Numbered from the stretch's first letter, positions 35,927 through 50,082 are shown. The stretch: 64,000 bases of DNA from Nemertoderma westbladi (GCA_032718475.1 JAUCBJ010002168.1:27322-91321), one strand, 5' to 3'. The notes: generated by a model not told the origin, from the sequence alone. Program-made: numbers and translations.

Positions 35927-36088
35927 GAAACCCTAGACAAAAAGTGTTTTAAATCACATTTAAGCCATTTTGAGCCCGTCGGCCTCGAAATGGCTTAACA
36001 TTACAATGTAATTTCAGGGTTCCAATTCGGGTTAGAATGAGGGTACCAGGTAGGGTTGGGGTTTAAGACACTTTTTGTCTAGTATTTC
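35927..36088. mobile_element. Short inverted-repeat MITE upstream of the FAM13-like gene
   Basis: CTAGACAAAAAGTGT / ACACTTTTTGTCTAG, with internal TTAAGCCATTT..AAATGGCTTAA dyad. Confidence 0.6.
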
Positions 36089-36447
36089 GACGGGGAAACC
36101 CCATCCTTTTGAATAAACAATGAGAAAATGAGAGAGAATGAGAGTACCCGAGAAAATGTAGAGCTGTAACAGATCTGTTAGGCGGTCTCTCATGTTTTCT
36201 GAAGTCCCCACGGACTGACGGATGTGTTGAATTTAGTAGATTTAAATTTATCCTTTATATGCCGTTATATATTTAATATTTATTTACCTATTTCTGTATT
36301 TATATAGGCAGATAGGCCTATCATTTCATATTTAATATTCATATGTTCATATGTTATTTGATTGACTAACCGAACCAGCAAGTGGTTGGCTCTTGGCTGC
36401 TCTTCTATATCATTTGCTGATTTGGGTCCGACAGTTACATTTTTAAT

Positions 36448-38392
36448 ATGCCGCGAAATAAACTGTCCCCGTCCTCCATGAAGAAATCTCCTGTAACTTA
36501 CCGAACATTTGGTGTTTCTCTTAAGACTTTATGCGAACTGAACGGATCTGAGATCCCGCATATTCTAGAGAAATGCATTACCTTTATAACTAAACACGGG
36601 TTGGGGAGCGAGGGTTTATTCCGTGTGAACAGCAGCGCGCGTCTTGTTGAGAAATTGAAAAACGATTTCGATCAATTTGGCGACTCAAGTTTCGACGGAT
36701 TATGTGACGTGACTGCGTGCGCCTCTCTGCTTAAACTATTCCTGAGAGAACTCCCTGAGCCGATTATACCCCCCTCTTTACACGGTCACTTTATTACCGT
36801 TTTTGAAGAACACATCAAAAGTAACACGGCAGGAGCCATTCTCGATGGGAAAATCCGCGATCTTCTGCAACGACTTCCTCCTGAAAACTACCGCGTTTTG
36901 AGGTATCTCGTGCAATTCCTCGTTGTAGTGGCTCACGAGCCCACCAACAAAATGTCCTTCACCGCGCTCGGCATCGTTTTCGGGCCGAATTTATTCCGGG
37001 TGGGCGACGGAATCGACGGGCTACGGGAACAAGGGATCACCAACCAACTCACCCAGAAGTTCATCCAGGGATTCTCCGTGTTGTTCGAGCAGAAGGTTGC
37101 GTCGCGTCGCAGCGTTTACGATAACTGGTCCGGCGACGACAATCTCTCGTTCTACCCGATCGATTCGGACTCGGCGACGCCGGTTCGCTCCAACGTAGAT
37201 TCTCCTTTCGCCCTGGACGATCTCACGTTTAACGACGACTCATTCGGTGCTTCTCCTTCCTCGACCGGTAATTCCGCGGCGCTTTCCAACTGCATCGAGG
37301 AGTTGGTGTCGCAACGACTGTTCGGCGGTCCGGTCCGCCATATAATGGGCGACTCGTTCGCCGAGGAAGTCCTAAAGGAGATCGATAGTCGTAAACTCGA
37401 TACTGACACCAACGGGAGCGAGGGCTCCGTAGGGAACCTACCCGGGGACTGTAACGTAGACGCGCTGTGTAACAACGCGGTCACCCTGAGGTCGTTGACC
37501 TCGCAGCGCCCCCAGCCGCCGGCCAACCGGAGGTTCCCCTCTCGGGGTCCCGTCGACGACTCGCAACTTATCGATACCGATCGGGTCGAGTCGGACATTC
37601 CGAGTTCCTCCGGGATTGCGAGGTCGGATACACAGTATACCGTCCCGGATACGGTGTCGGATACGCGTGATACGGTGTCTAATACGCGAACGTGGGATAC
37701 GCCGTATCAGTCGCTGGTCGACGAATACAAGCCGAATCCCTTCCTGAGTTCCTCATCCAAAGATATTTATAGCGAACAGAAGGATATTAATTCTAGTTAT
37801 AAATCGAAATTGAAAGTAACCGAGAAGGATGAAAGAAGTACCGCGCAGAGCGATGCGGGTTTGGAAACTCCGATCAACTCGAAATTGGATGCCAACGTAA
37901 CGACGTTAACGAAGGTTCCCGCCCTCCGCCCCTCGCGGGCGTCGTCCGGGGCCCCGTCGGTCAGCGACGACGCGACCACAGTAACCGAGTCGGCCCGTAG
38001 CAACCACCACCACCGCTCATCCTCCCAACCCGCGCTCACCTACGGCGACGACCTCGAGGGTTCCGACTCCGACTCCGGTTGCGACTTGTCCCGGCTGGTG
38101 GAGGAGACGATTATTGGACAGCGCGAGAAGCGGCGCTCGGCCGGACGGCCGGACAACATTAACGCGATGACGCCGCTCCAAGTTAAAGCCGAGAAGGTCT
38201 CCTTGCAGAAGGATTTACTCTACATAGAGAGTATATTTGGTAGACCGAACTCCCGACACGCGAAGGAGGTCGTGAAGGCGATATACGACCGGTACCGAGC
38301 GGTGAAGCGATTGTTGGCCCTGCAGGAGGCCGTTAGGGAGAGACACTCCTTCTCCGAATTCGTTACTCCGGCAACCGCACATTCCACTGAAG
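36448..38392 (+). CDS. FAM13: FAM13-family RhoGAP, coding exon 1
   Basis: RhoGAP motifs FGVSL, GLFRVN (arginine finger), LLKLFLRELPEP, NKM..LGIVFGPNLF; FAM13 motif EKVSLQKDLLYIESIFGRP..YDRYR.VK; donor AG|GTGAGT at 38393, phase 1. Confidence 0.92.
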
Positions 38393-40429
38393 GTGAGTTC
38401 TGTATCTGTAAAGGAATCTTTTAGTGATACTCAAAGGGTTTATTTAATCGTTGTTAATGATAATGCAATATTTACCACGATCCGTATTTGATTAATAGTA
38501 TATATTTACTTAATTAATTTTAATTTATATGATGTTAGTATTGTTATTATTCTTACAAATTATATTGTACTACAATAAAGTAAAATAGGTAATCAAAGAC
38601 TAAACAAACACAAAAATGCACGAATTTAATTGAGTTTGTTATAATTGTCGGGCAATTTTTCGGTAAGTCCCAACACTCTTATGGGATATGATAATCTTGT
38701 AACTAAAATCCATAAATTGCTTTAAGTAAAGTCTATATCCGAATCTATTCTAACCGAATCTATTTTTTTATTTTGATTTTTTCCTAAAATTTTACTATCC
38801 AAAACAAATAATCTGACTGCATACTGACCGTTTACTGGCGTAGTGACATACGTAGAAATTATGTGCAACTGCGATATAAAGATTGAAAATATATTGGCAA
38901 ATCAATTAGACTTTACATTTACCGGGATCCCAGCGAAATATCCAATCCCGATTCCGACTTTTTTTGGAACGGGATCCCGAAGTTTAAATGGTTAAATTAA
39001 TTTGTGGAACATCTAAAAAAAATTCCAGCAGAACGGAAATGTTTTGATTTTTATCTAATTTTGATTTCAGTAAACCATCCAGTAATCAATTGTAAGATAT
39101 TTTAATATAACTTTATCTTTGTACAGTAATATTTCAGAAGTGTAAGAGTGAGTGCTACCCAAAACCCGCCACATTCTAATAACTTTAAGGGAATTTAATC
39201 CAAAATTGCAATCCCGATCCCGAAAATCGGGATCCCGAGAGTGATAATCCCGGTCCCGATCCCGGAAATCCCGAAAAGTCTGAATTCAAATATAAACTAA
39301 ATAAACAACATGAATAGGCCTATGACTCTTTAAAAGGTTTCTGGCTATGTGGTTAACAGTTTAAACGTAAATAACATATTTCAAAATAACTTTTCAAATA
39401 CTTTACAATATTTTTTGTAACAGTAATAATTTCCTATTTATTACATGGAAAGGACACGTTGCTATAATTTAAAACCACTTTTTTGCTAACGTTTTCTTTT
39501 AAACATTACTGTACACTTTAAACTATTTAAGTGGTGGCAAAAAAGACGGTTTTTATTTGTTGGGCGTTATTATTTGGCGAGCATAGCGAGACAAAGCAAG
39601 ACAAAAATGTTTACTTTTTGTCACCACTTATGTTGTTTTATTTTGTTCTAAGTCACTTTAAAAAAAAATATAAATATATATCTTCCATGAAGATTATATC
39701 ATTGATAGGGAAATAACTAAAGCGAGATAGAAAATAGAATGTATATTTAGGTAATATAGGCACTAATATGATATTATAATATTCTAGAATATTAAATAAC
39801 CTGTGGATACCATCAGCGCTATCTATTTAAATGCAATATTGTTTATTAATGTCATGGAAATTACTTTGAAATTTAATTCGAACATTACTTTTCTTGTCTA
39901 CAAAACGTGTTATTTTTTTGTCAAACTTGTTAACGAATTTGACAAAAAAGGTAACTAACAACAAATTTACAACGGTAAGAGCGTATAGCTGTATTTTAGC
40001 CGGGCCCAGTATGGGTAGCCCGGGCGAGTTTACCTCATGTTAAATAATTACAAGTTCTGGAATGGATATTTTCGACATTGGCTTCTGATATCCGTTGTTT
40101 ACAAATTAAGGCAATGGTATTCTCTAATCTGAGAGCTCTATGAATGGCGCTATTTATGAGATGTAAATATTTGTTGAATGGCCAGAAATAAATAAAAAAA
40201 TGAGGTTGTTTTAACAAATGATAAATAAATGTCAAAATTATGGACTGTTAAAATTTTGATTAAATTAATCATCTGAAGACCTTTTATTTATAAATTTTTT
40301 TTTTGCCACCTCTAGCCTTTATTAGTTTTCAACATATTACTCATATTTGTATAAATTTATTATTTTATTGACATTAATGTATTTAAATAATATTAACCTA
40401 CTGTAGTTATATATATATTTCCCTTTCAG

Positions 40430-40725
40430 CTGTAAGTTTCGACGGGGACCAGAAACTTTTGGACAGTATCCTCGCCAGTACGTCCTTGCATTCCCTCGAC
40501 GATCTCAAATTTAAACAATCGCAAATTCGTTCGCAGAAACGGAGATTGCGTAAATTACTCAAAGAATTCGAGGACGACTTCGCAAGAAGTGAAGGACGAA
40601 AACTGACAAAAGATGACCGACAACCTTTATCGAAGCAGTATAAGGATTATAAGGAACTGAAGGCCCAGCTGTGTGTTATTGATGCTTATATTAGTAAGAG
40701 TAAGGAAACTGCAGGGCCTTCCTGA
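40430..40725 (+). CDS. FAM13: FAM13-family RhoGAP, coding exon 2 (spliced product ~746 aa)
   Basis: Acceptor TTTCCCTTTCAG ends at 40429; phase-1 join is in frame with KRRLRKLLKEFEDDF..GRK..K.DR.P...Y.DYK.LKA.L, the FAM13 C-terminus. Confidence 0.92.
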
Positions 40726-41212
40726 ATTCGTGCAATGGTTTTTAATAGTAGTTAGTTAGGTAAATGTAATATTTTTTGCCTATATCCAGCGTTTCACACG
40801 GGTAAGGTTTGCAAAACGAGGGCGCTGCTGCCAAACCTATAACATTCTAGGTTGTTAATTTTCTATTTTTTTTGCTACCTTTTTTTTTTAAGTAAATTGA
40901 ATAATTATGCAGTTACGTTTTAGGCTGTGAATTATTTGTGATATGTAACTTCCGTAATCCTTTGCAATATCTCGAAAACGCCTAAGTTAATGGATTAAAC
41001 TCTACCCAAATCGATAACAATCCCTAAAACAGGTCATACAACAACTCAATTTAATTAAAGATCTTCTGAAGGTTCACAACATATCCGGATCTTAAACTAA
41101 TCGAAACAGTCACGTCTAAAATTTATTCTGTCTGTTTATTAACCTAATTATCAAATGTATAAAACCCGAGTCAGACGTCATTAACTGTTTGCGCCACCGT
41201 CAATCACATTAA

Positions 41213-42109
41213 GGCCGGAGTACCCCCCCCCCCCCCCCCCCCCCCAACTTTATTGATATGTCTACAATTTCTAAAAATCTCTACAATTTAAAAATATTTT
41301 GATTTTATACAGTATGCGCCTTTAAAATATGGCTAAAATATTGATTTTTCGAAAAATTTCATATTTTTCTGCAAAATTTTCAAATTTCCAGTCGCCCTCT
41401 AGCTGCCATTGAATGAAACACGAATAGCGGTTAAGATGCTAACTAGTCAATCTGACATGATATTGGCTGAAACAATGTTTTTCGAATATCGGAGGTAAAC
41501 TCCACAAAAGTTATCGGTTAAAATTTTTAGTTTTGCATTTACGTTTTTATGAAAATTAATAAAAATATTAATTAATATTTATGAAAATTTGACAAAATTT
41601 TTGCAAATTTTTGGCTGTTATATGAAAAATTGTCTGTACAAACAGAAATATAAAAATTCCAGCCGAAAACTATTAAAGAACTGCCGAAACCCTTTCAAAT
41701 GTGCCAAAAATTTAGAAAATTGGTTGAAAATGGCGGAGGAGTGAAAAATGTCATTCCGAGATAATTGCCTTCAAAGTTTAAACATTCCCGCCAAAACTGG
41801 TTGTCTGTGGTCTGGTTGGTTAATCATTTGTGGCACGACAGAAGCACATCACCGAGCTAGAACTTTCATTATGGAGGTATCGGGGTCGCAGATTTATTTT
41901 CCGATGTCAGTATTAAGGTTTACTTGAATCTAGTTTGTCTGTCAAGTTGTCTTTCTTACAATTTGACGGATAGACCGTCATACGGAAAAACAGCGATAAA
42001 TCTAGAACTAAAAGAGGTCTCGCTAAGCTGTGTACAGATATGAAATCCTCATTAAATTATACTATTGGGGGAGGGGGGGGGGGGGGGGGGGTGTGGGGCT
42101 ACTCAGGCC
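41213..42109. mobile_element. Kolobok-like non-autonomous element (TTAA TSD, GG termini)
   Basis: TTAA|GGCCGGAGTACCCC ... GGGGCTACTCAGGCC|TTAA. Confidence 0.7.
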
Positions 42110-43573
42110 TTAAACACACCGCAAAAACCCAGGTAAGTCTGTTTATCGGCCTATATTGCAATAAATCGTTTCTCTTTGGGATTTTGTGAGACCTGATTTA
42201 CTTTTAGTCAGTGAGTCTGTGTTGTGTAGGTGCAGCGTGTTACTTTCATTTTTTTTAATGTTCGTGTCATAATCCATAACAATATTGAGGCACTATTTGA
42301 CTATTATATACTTTGAAATGTATTTGATTTTAATTGTAAATTATACCACTCATTCATTTTTGTTTTAATATGTTTATAACTCTCATTATCTTACAGTTAC
42401 TGCTGCTTAATTAATAGATTACTTCATATGTGAGGCGAGTCATGCAGTGGTTGCGCTATTATATAACGATAACTAAAGATTATTATCTCGAAGAACAAAT
42501 TTAACTATAAACTGTGATTCTAAATGTAGTTTGTTGTTTTGGTTAGAAGAGACCGTCACTGTAACTGTTAATTGGCATCTTTATTGGCGATTAACGAAAT
42601 CAAATATTTTCAAAATTAACTTCAACGGTCGATTTTACCCTAAACAGCATCTCAATACAATTTATTGAACAATGGATTTCTTTCCATATACATAAATCTA
42701 ATTCAATAATCTGAAACCATTGCCACTCCACTACCGTGCCCCTCTGGGGGGGATCTTCTCTTCACTTTCATCTGTGTTATTGAATTATCTATATCTATTT
42801 GGGGTTAAATTTATATTTAATAATCTAATTTAGTTTGTCTATCTTTGCTGAGTTCGTGATGTGTTTTCAGTTCCTTTAAATTTCTCCTTCCTTAACTTAA
42901 TTATAGTGTTCTGTTATCATTCCAGTCATTATCTGGTATCTTTTTATTTAAATAATATTAATAATATGATGGTTTTGTTTTTAGCTGCGTCCTTTTTCAA
43001 GTTGTTTTAGTTTTTCAGGTATTTTGAATTCATTTTATTGTGCTTTTATTATAATTTGGTTTATCATACGCGAAGTAAATATACTAAGTTTCTTTGGATA
43101 TATTATAATAAATTTAACATATTTATTTGTATATCAAATATTTCCTTATAACCATTGTAACCATTTCCGAAACCACTGGTTACTGCGGATTGTACACCGG
43201 TGAACAACAATTTACTTTTTTTCTAACTACATTTTGTGGGAATGCCTTTGAGTACCGGCGCTCAAATTCGCTATCATTTGTATTGGGATGGCTATACATT
43301 GTACAGTAGGAACAGTATGCATGGCCTTGTTTTACCTGAACTGAAAGACCACTAACAACCTATGTTATGGTTTTTTTAAATAAAATTTTACTTGTTAGTA
43401 AAATACATTTTTAATGAATATAACTGGAGAACTGACCAGTAAACTGTGAACGGCATGCAGCATGCATCAAACTCCATGCGTACAGAGTAAAAACGTACAA
43501 AAACAAAACTACTTACAGGCCTACTGTACATGGAAAGAAGCCAGTGAGTTCCCGAATGGCCGGGCAATTCGCG

Positions 43574-44480
43574 TCACTGGATTCCGTCCAGGGAAGGGGG
43601 GGAAACAGGGCCTCTGCGGAGCCACATCGCGGCATTCCCACGCCACAATGTAACAGACAGGCGTTGGAATAGGTGCCTGGCCGCATCGGGAGCGGGAATG
43701 CCTCGACGGAGGCTCTGGAGACGTGCGATTTCCCAGAGGACTGCACTGGAGTCCGAGTCCCATCCGCCCAGGGCCTCCACCACGAGAGGGGTGAATCCCA
43801 CTCCCGAATTGCGGCACTCCTCGAGGTGGGCGGTGATGGAGAGGGCATGTCCAGGGGTACATGCGGCTTGGGAGAGGGTTCGTGACTGGAGGGGGGAGAT
43901 AACTGTGACGTCTAGTGCCATGGGCTGGCCCCTTTTCCAGTTGGGAAGGTACACGTCGGCAGGTCGACTGCGGGAGCCAGGGATCAGGCCGGGGACTTCA
44001 CTCCTGGGCGCTAGGGCTGCTGATTGAGCTGCTTGGAAGATAGCGTTCCGGAGTGAGTCATGGCGTGATATCCTGTCTCCTTCACCGCCACAGCCAACAT
44101 GATGGTCTCCAAAGGGGTCAGAGGCAGATGAACAGATGGGACAGGAAGTTGGTTCCGAGACCATGCGAACACCTAGCCAGTAGTCCAGGGAGAGCCTGAA
44201 TTCCTTGTCAAAGAAGTGTAGGCCCAGACTCTCAGAGGGGATGGCTTGAAGCCATTCCCCAGCATGGTGCAAAGCCGTGGAATTGGCAAGGGCCCGGGAT
44301 CTGAGGTCAGGTGCTGTGGCGAGGAGATGGGTGTGGAGGGCAGAGTCCACTGAGTGGGAAAGCTTTCTCTGGGTTACAGGGGTTGGTAGAGCAGAGATTG
44401 ATCTCCACTCGGGTTCGTTGGCAATGGTGGACCTGGACAGAGAGGTGAGAGCAGGTTGTAGGTTTGGGTTGACTGGGGCC
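43574..44480 (-). mobile_element. CRE-clade retrotransposon C-terminal region (CCHC finger and restriction-like endonuclease)
   Basis: AGEWLQAIPS..LG, CPIC..DPFGDHHVGC, RHD, RPAD, DVTVISP, FTPLVVEALGGW, QRLSV.LWRGNA; the usual lysine-bearing helix after GHAL appears deleted. Confidence 0.88.
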
Positions 44481-45630
44481 CGGGCCGGATTAAGGTTATC
44501 AGGGCTGTGGGCTGAGTAATTAAAACCAATAAAAGGCAATTTCCAACGGCAGAAAAATAACATGAAAAACGAATACAATATGCAATTTAGTACCCTATAA
44601 TGTTAAATTAAATGTTAAATGTTACACTCAAAACTAAACTAAAAAACCTTAAACAAAACGAAACTAAAAATACTGACTTTAAGACCTTTGATAGCATTGT
44701 CCGTCCAAGGGGGGGGGGGGGGTCTATATTAATATGGAGTGGTCAATATTATTGGATGGTTTCAATACAATCAGGGCTGTTTAACCTTTTCAAGGCCCCT
44801 ATGCAGTAATTTTAAAATTTTGACCAAAATTGCTAACATTCTTAAGAATTCCGCTTTTAGAATTCCACAGTATAATTTAAAATGGTATAAAGGAACCTGC
44901 GAATCAACTTTCGAGTAAGTTTAGTTATCTATGTTTATAGTCTACATAGCCGAAATTTTACTGAAATAACTTTTATTGAAATATATCGTCAAATGGCCCT
45001 TATTCTTTAACCATGTTATAAATTTATTAGATCCACCATGGCATTGTGGTTTAATCCGCTGCCATAAATTTATATCTCTGATTCCAGAGGTTGTGGGTTC
45101 GAGCCATTTTGTTTGGTTTGGTAAGAAACAAAAACAATATTATCAGTCTACATTGCCCATTGGCAATTTGGTCGAATTTAATTTCTATTAAATACTCCTA
45201 ACAACAATAAACGATAACTTTACACAGCAGTTAAATTAGTGGATCTAGTCACTCCTCCTAGCGGCTGACAGAGGAATTATGGATGTCTGTCAATGAGTAG
45301 AATTTCTAAATCTCTTATAGACTAATTTACCGCTACACAAAAGGCTTACCTAGACTTTATAGTTCGTTTTACACCGTAAATGCGAGCGAAGCGAGCTGAA
45401 ATTAAAAAAACCTGTTTATAACTTTTGTGACATAAAATGTAAGTTTTGTACCGAGTTGGCTCTTTTGGGGATTACTTTTGTATTACTCATCCACTCATCG
45501 GATATTTTCGAATTTGGGGCCCCTTTAAAGACGGTTCCCCGGCTACAGCCTAGTAAGTTTTTGAAAAGGCCGATTCAGTCGCTTGGGCCGTGGGCTGCAG
45601 CCCACACAGCCTCAACTTTAATGCAGGCCT
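44481..45630. mobile_element. Insertion splitting the CRE element, hAT-like MITE ends
   Basis: GGCCGGATTAAGGTT..GGCTGTGGGCTG versus reverse complement of CAGCCCACACAGCCTCAACTTTAATGCAGGCC; no TSD resolved. Confidence 0.45.
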
Positions 45631-45639
45631 TAATCCAGG

Positions 45640-46230
45640 TGGGGAATGGCCAAGGATGCGAGATATGAGTGGCTCGGCCTGGCATGCAGATGCCACGTAG
45701 GCAGCTGGGCATGTGAAGTGGCCTTACGCCGGCCAAGGGCCCCCATGGAGGTAGGAAGGCATGCCTTGTCATAAGACCAGTCTGAGAGGGATCCTCCAAC
45801 CAGGTCAGACAAGGCATCGCGCATGGTAAGGTCGAACTCAGAGGAGGACTGCATGACCAGGGGTGGAGGGCAGCATCGCAGGGCAAATACTACTTTGGGA
45901 AGGGAGAGACAGGAAAGGAGGAGGGCAGATACCATCTGGGAATCCTGCAAGTCTGGTAGGCGCTTGATTATGGCACGGACATTATGGATCCGCGCCATGA
46001 CCACCTCCTCACAGAATGATGCAGGACCGATGGGGGCACCAAGCATGGTGAGGCCGTCGGATAAGGTTGGAATGGATGGGGGGTGGGGGCATATTCAGGG
46101 AGGGGGTGGCGTTGTCAGGATTTGCGGCAGTTAAGGTGCAAGCCCCGGGTGGGTCCCTCCTGCTGCAGGATCTCCAGAGCCTGAGCCAGTCCTTCAGGGC
46201 TGCCCATGGTTGATGGAAAAGCATCAACCA
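45640..46230 (-). mobile_element. Upstream RT/thumb part of the same CRE element
   Basis: LGAPIG..FC, L.DSQ...LL.SCL.LPK..F.LR..PP, A.LP.SMG.LG. Confidence 0.8.
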
Positions 46231-47164
46231 TGGGGCTATTTGTAAAGTATATTGCTGTTATATTAGGTGGGTCGGGTCTGTGCAAGCCAAACCAATTATC
46301 TTTGTGAACTACTACAGCAGTTACGTACTGCTGGGAGGGAATTCTTTGAAGTTTACCGTGTCTTCAATGCCCAAACCTCAATAATACAGCCATCAGGTTA
46401 GGAGCGAAGGAGGCTACGGCTGCCAACCCTCCAGAGATTGGCTAAATGTCTGGTCATATATCTTATCCAAGGCATTACATTGCATTGCATTGGTAGCAAG
46501 CACCTTGGCATTGGCATTCATACATTTGTGTACAGCCAGCCAAGCTCAGAACCACATTAATTGAACAGAAGAAAATAGATTTGCCTCCTAACCTTAACAC
46601 AACACAAGAGCTCAAAAAAGATGATTGGACAATAAGGGACTACTTTACACCAAAATGGTGATGAAAATCACCATTAAAATAAAATCATAAAGCCTAAATG
46701 CCTACAACCCTAATGGTGATGAAAATTCGTTATTTCATATATTATTGAAAAAGCGTGGTGCAGATACTATAAAAGTTTAACGCACAGCTACAGTTTAAAA
46801 CGTAAATCGATACAGACCGCCCTAATTCAAATGTTTTATTCCAATATTCTAACATTTTAAGTTTATTACTTAAATTTTTCTATTCTTATAAAAATAAAAT
46901 GCGCCCACGCCTAATCCAATCCTTTTAATTAGACTAGGTTAATTTACGGTTGTTGAAATTGAAGACGTATTTATTCATACATATGAATATTTTCAAATAT
47001 AGCACAACTTAATTAATATTAATATATAAGGAATATCATTAAAAGGAGGAATCTTATTAAGTTCAATTTCATCAATTAATCAATTTACGGTTGTTGTTAT
47101 CACGAATAGGCGATTATTAATAATTATCGGAGGTGAAAGTGTGATCTTCCACAGTAAAGCCTTC

Positions 47165-47335
47165 CACTATATTTTCCAAGTTGCATTGGTTCCCATTTAC
47201 CGACCATCCCAGATGAAAGCCCGGGTTGGGCTAGGATGCAGCATTTAAAGCATAGTGTGCCCAAATAGTGCTGTCCCCATCTAGGGATCGAACCAGGGCT
47301 TCCCGGAAACCGATTGGGCAGCGCCCTTAGACCAA
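47165..47335 (-). mobile_element. tRNA-derived SINE
   Basis: GGTCTAAGGGCG..CCTGGTTCGATCCC head; central GCTTTCATC..GGTCGGTAAATGGGAACC block related to the 51856 SINE. Confidence 0.6.
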
Positions 47336-47868
47336 AAGATAAACTTTACAAATAGACATAGCACCATATAATTTAAAAACAACTCGCAAGTAATCTTATA
47401 AAATGCTACGGATTAATAAGCCATGTAAATAGCTCAGTTACCGGGGTGCTATATTTATTACTTTACAGTATGTTTAGGCTCATTACTGTACATGCACCGC
47501 CTATCTGCATCAGCCTATATTAGTATATCAGCCTATCTCAGTATCTGGGTTGCGGAACTAATAAATAATAATACTGTAGTACCAGTCCACATTCCACAGC
47601 ATAGTACATTAGAAATAGTTGCAATTGTAAAGATGGCATGGCAATCCTCTACTGAAATAATAATTACAGTGAATTAGTGATCATGTAAAAGTGGTAGGGC
47701 CTAATGTAAAAATTAGGCCTAATGAAGTTAATTCCGTGAGTGCTGTGTTAGCTGCATTTTGTACGGTATATAGTTGTTCTAGTTATTAGTTGTTTAGCGA
47801 CATGCACCTTCACTCTACACTCTATGTAGACATTAAACAGGTAGAACGGTAGAAGTTCAGAAGTTATT

Positions 47869-48885
47869 ATGAATTCCCCACCGACAATTGGTAAAACTTA
47901 TAAAAGTCCAATCCGTATAGCCCCTAAATACGGCGATTACATTCCCAATTCAGTTCTATTAGTTAAACTGCAGGACTTCAACACTTACAATAAGGCGAAC
48001 GGCATTCCGGAATTCCGACTGATAGAAACTCATCCGGACAACGACCCAGAGAATCCGGGATGCGTCATAGGCGGCCAACTCTCCATCTACTGGGGAGTCC
48101 GCAACCCCATCCAACTAGCCATGTACGACGACGACATATGCGAGGCCTGTTCCGAAAAGACGTCAGCCGCCGCCGCCGGCGCAGGGCCGCCTCGCGAAAC
48201 ACCGAAACCTCAGAAATCCCACGACGTGCGCCGCGCGCGGAGCGTATTGAAACCGCGTCCCGCCAGCGTTATGATCGCGCCTAGCCCGAAGGCCCTGACG
48301 AACAATCAACTAACCTACGTACTTTCCGATAAACCGCACCAATTCGTGAAAGGCTCTTCGCTAAAACGATCTTTAAGTTTCCGGGAGAGCATCGCCATAG
48401 AAGGCGACGAGAAACACTGTTGCAACATATCCGTAATAAACGGACACGCCTTCGATATCGGAACCTCTATATTCACCCCGGAGCACGGATCCCGAACTAT
48501 AGTCTACGTAACGAGCCGCATGAAAACAACAGAAGTTTTAGTGAAATTGTTACAGAAATTCAAGATTTTAAATAATCCCAATGAATTCACACTGAATAAA
48601 GTCATGTCTAACGGGGAGGTTTTGTGTCTGAAGAAGGACGACAAGCCGCTTATACAACGGTTGTTGATGGGCCCCGCTGAGGAAATCGCAAAGATTTACA
48701 TTTCCGAAAGGAGTTTAGTTAAAGAAGTTAATTTCGCAGCGGCGCAATATATTAATCTAAAGTTGCCGATACTAGAAGGGATTGTGCGTAAATACGAAGA
48801 GGAAGAGGAGAAAGCGATAATGGCGGTTCGTAAACGGTACGAGAGTTACAGAAAGAATTTAGAGGATCGCCTCAAAAATGAATAA
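47869..48885 (+). CDS. RASSF2/4/6: RASSF2/4/6-type Ras-association and SARAH domain protein, single coding exon
   Basis: GQLSIYWGVRNPIQL.M.DD, INGH.F..TSIFTP.HGS.T.V, LL.KFKI.N...EF.L, PL..RLL.GP, QYINL.LP.LE.IV.K..EEEE. Confidence 0.92.
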   Translation: MNSPPTIGKTYKSPIRIAPKYGDYIPNSVLLVKLQDFNTYNKANGIPEFRLIETHPDNDPENPGCVIGGQLSIYWGVRNPIQLAMYDDDICEACSEKTSAAAAGAGPPRETPKPQKSHDVRRARSVLKPRPASVMIAPSPKALTNNQLTYVLSDKPHQFVKGSSLKRSLSFRESIAIEGDEKHCCNISVINGHAFDIGTSIFTPEHGSRTIVYVTSRMKTTEVLVKLLQKFKILNNPNEFTLNKVMSNGEVLCLKKDDKPLIQRLLMGPAEEIAKIYISERSLVKEVNFAAAQYINLKLPILEGIVRKYEEEEEKAIMAVRKRYESYRKNLEDRLKNE

Positions 48886-49875
48886 TTTATTATCTTTAAT
48901 ATGTGTGAATTGATTAAATATTGGAAATTGATGCCAGACGGTGCATGTGGGGTGGGTAGGCCTACAATAGAATCGGGCATATATCACACTAGACTACTAG
49001 CAGCTAGGCGCACATATTCCCAGTTAAGTTTTGTACCAAATAATTCTGCATGAAAAATTACAGACTTAAGGGAAAGGAGCAGGTTACAGGGGCAGGATAT
49101 TCTAACCAAAATACTAAACGTATGATTATACATTGTGGGTAAGGAACAAGGCTTTTCTCACTAAAAGATTATATTAATATATACAACTTGTGTAATTAAT
49201 AAGATTGTATAGTAAATACTACCGTTATTTCCCACTTGTCCTCTATTTCTGCGATATCCAATATCTATTTGTGTAGGTGGATATATTTTTTAATTGAACT
49301 GTAAACAATTTTTAATAATTATTTATTTCTGCGACACTAATTTATTTTTCATCTATTCGCATCGCTATTATGTAATTAATCGTGCTATTCTTATTTATTT
49401 TGTAAGTTTGACTGGAATATTAATGAGTTTTGTTATTTATTTTAATTAATGCGAAATATCTGTCGGATTTGTTTTAATTAAACATTTTGTAATTAATGGT
49501 TAAATTAATAGGGAAGATATCTGGGGGGGGGGGGGGGGGTCTGTTAGATTATGTGGTTTAGAGTTAAGTTTATTAATGATAATATTTATAAATTACATCC
49601 ATTTTATACCAAAAATGTCATTATTACTTAACAGCGAGTTGTTATTTTGCACTTTATAGCATTATATTACTCATCACATCACAATACGTAGGTATATACA
49701 ACAGCGACGTAATGTATACTTTACAGCTCTCGACGTGGTCTTTACATTTTATGTGGTCCTGAGAATAATACGTTTGTTTACGTTTTGCGCGTTGCCCGAA
49801 AATAAATTTAAATGCGATCTTGAACAACAACATCTCGCTGGAGGGGAGAAATTTATTTATATTATACAACAAGGC

Positions 49876-49970
49876 CCACCTTGGTGTTGTGGTTGCATTG
49901 AATTAACATCTCTCGGAGGTCGCGGGTTCAAACCCCGCGTGTGGTCAATGCAGTATTCGTTTCGGTGAGA
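49876..49970 (+). mobile_element. tRNA-derived SINE head (same family as 54960-55230)
   Basis: CCACCTTGGTGT.GTGGTTGCATTGAATT.ACATCT...GGTCG.GGGTTC.A.CC shared with the minus-strand copy. Confidence 0.65.
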
Positions 49971-50082
49971 CTTCTTTGAAGGCAACTATATGCATCTATA
50001 ATATGCAACTAAAAACTGTCTGTTCAATAAAAGTGGAATAATTTGAAAGATGAGTTGTCAGGGGAGAGTGGCTGAACCTAAT

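Noticed and set aside
38393-38424. C-terminus GEFCICKGIF of the 658-aa ORF
   Set aside because: Read-through into the intron; the real C-terminus is exon 2 at 40430-40725.
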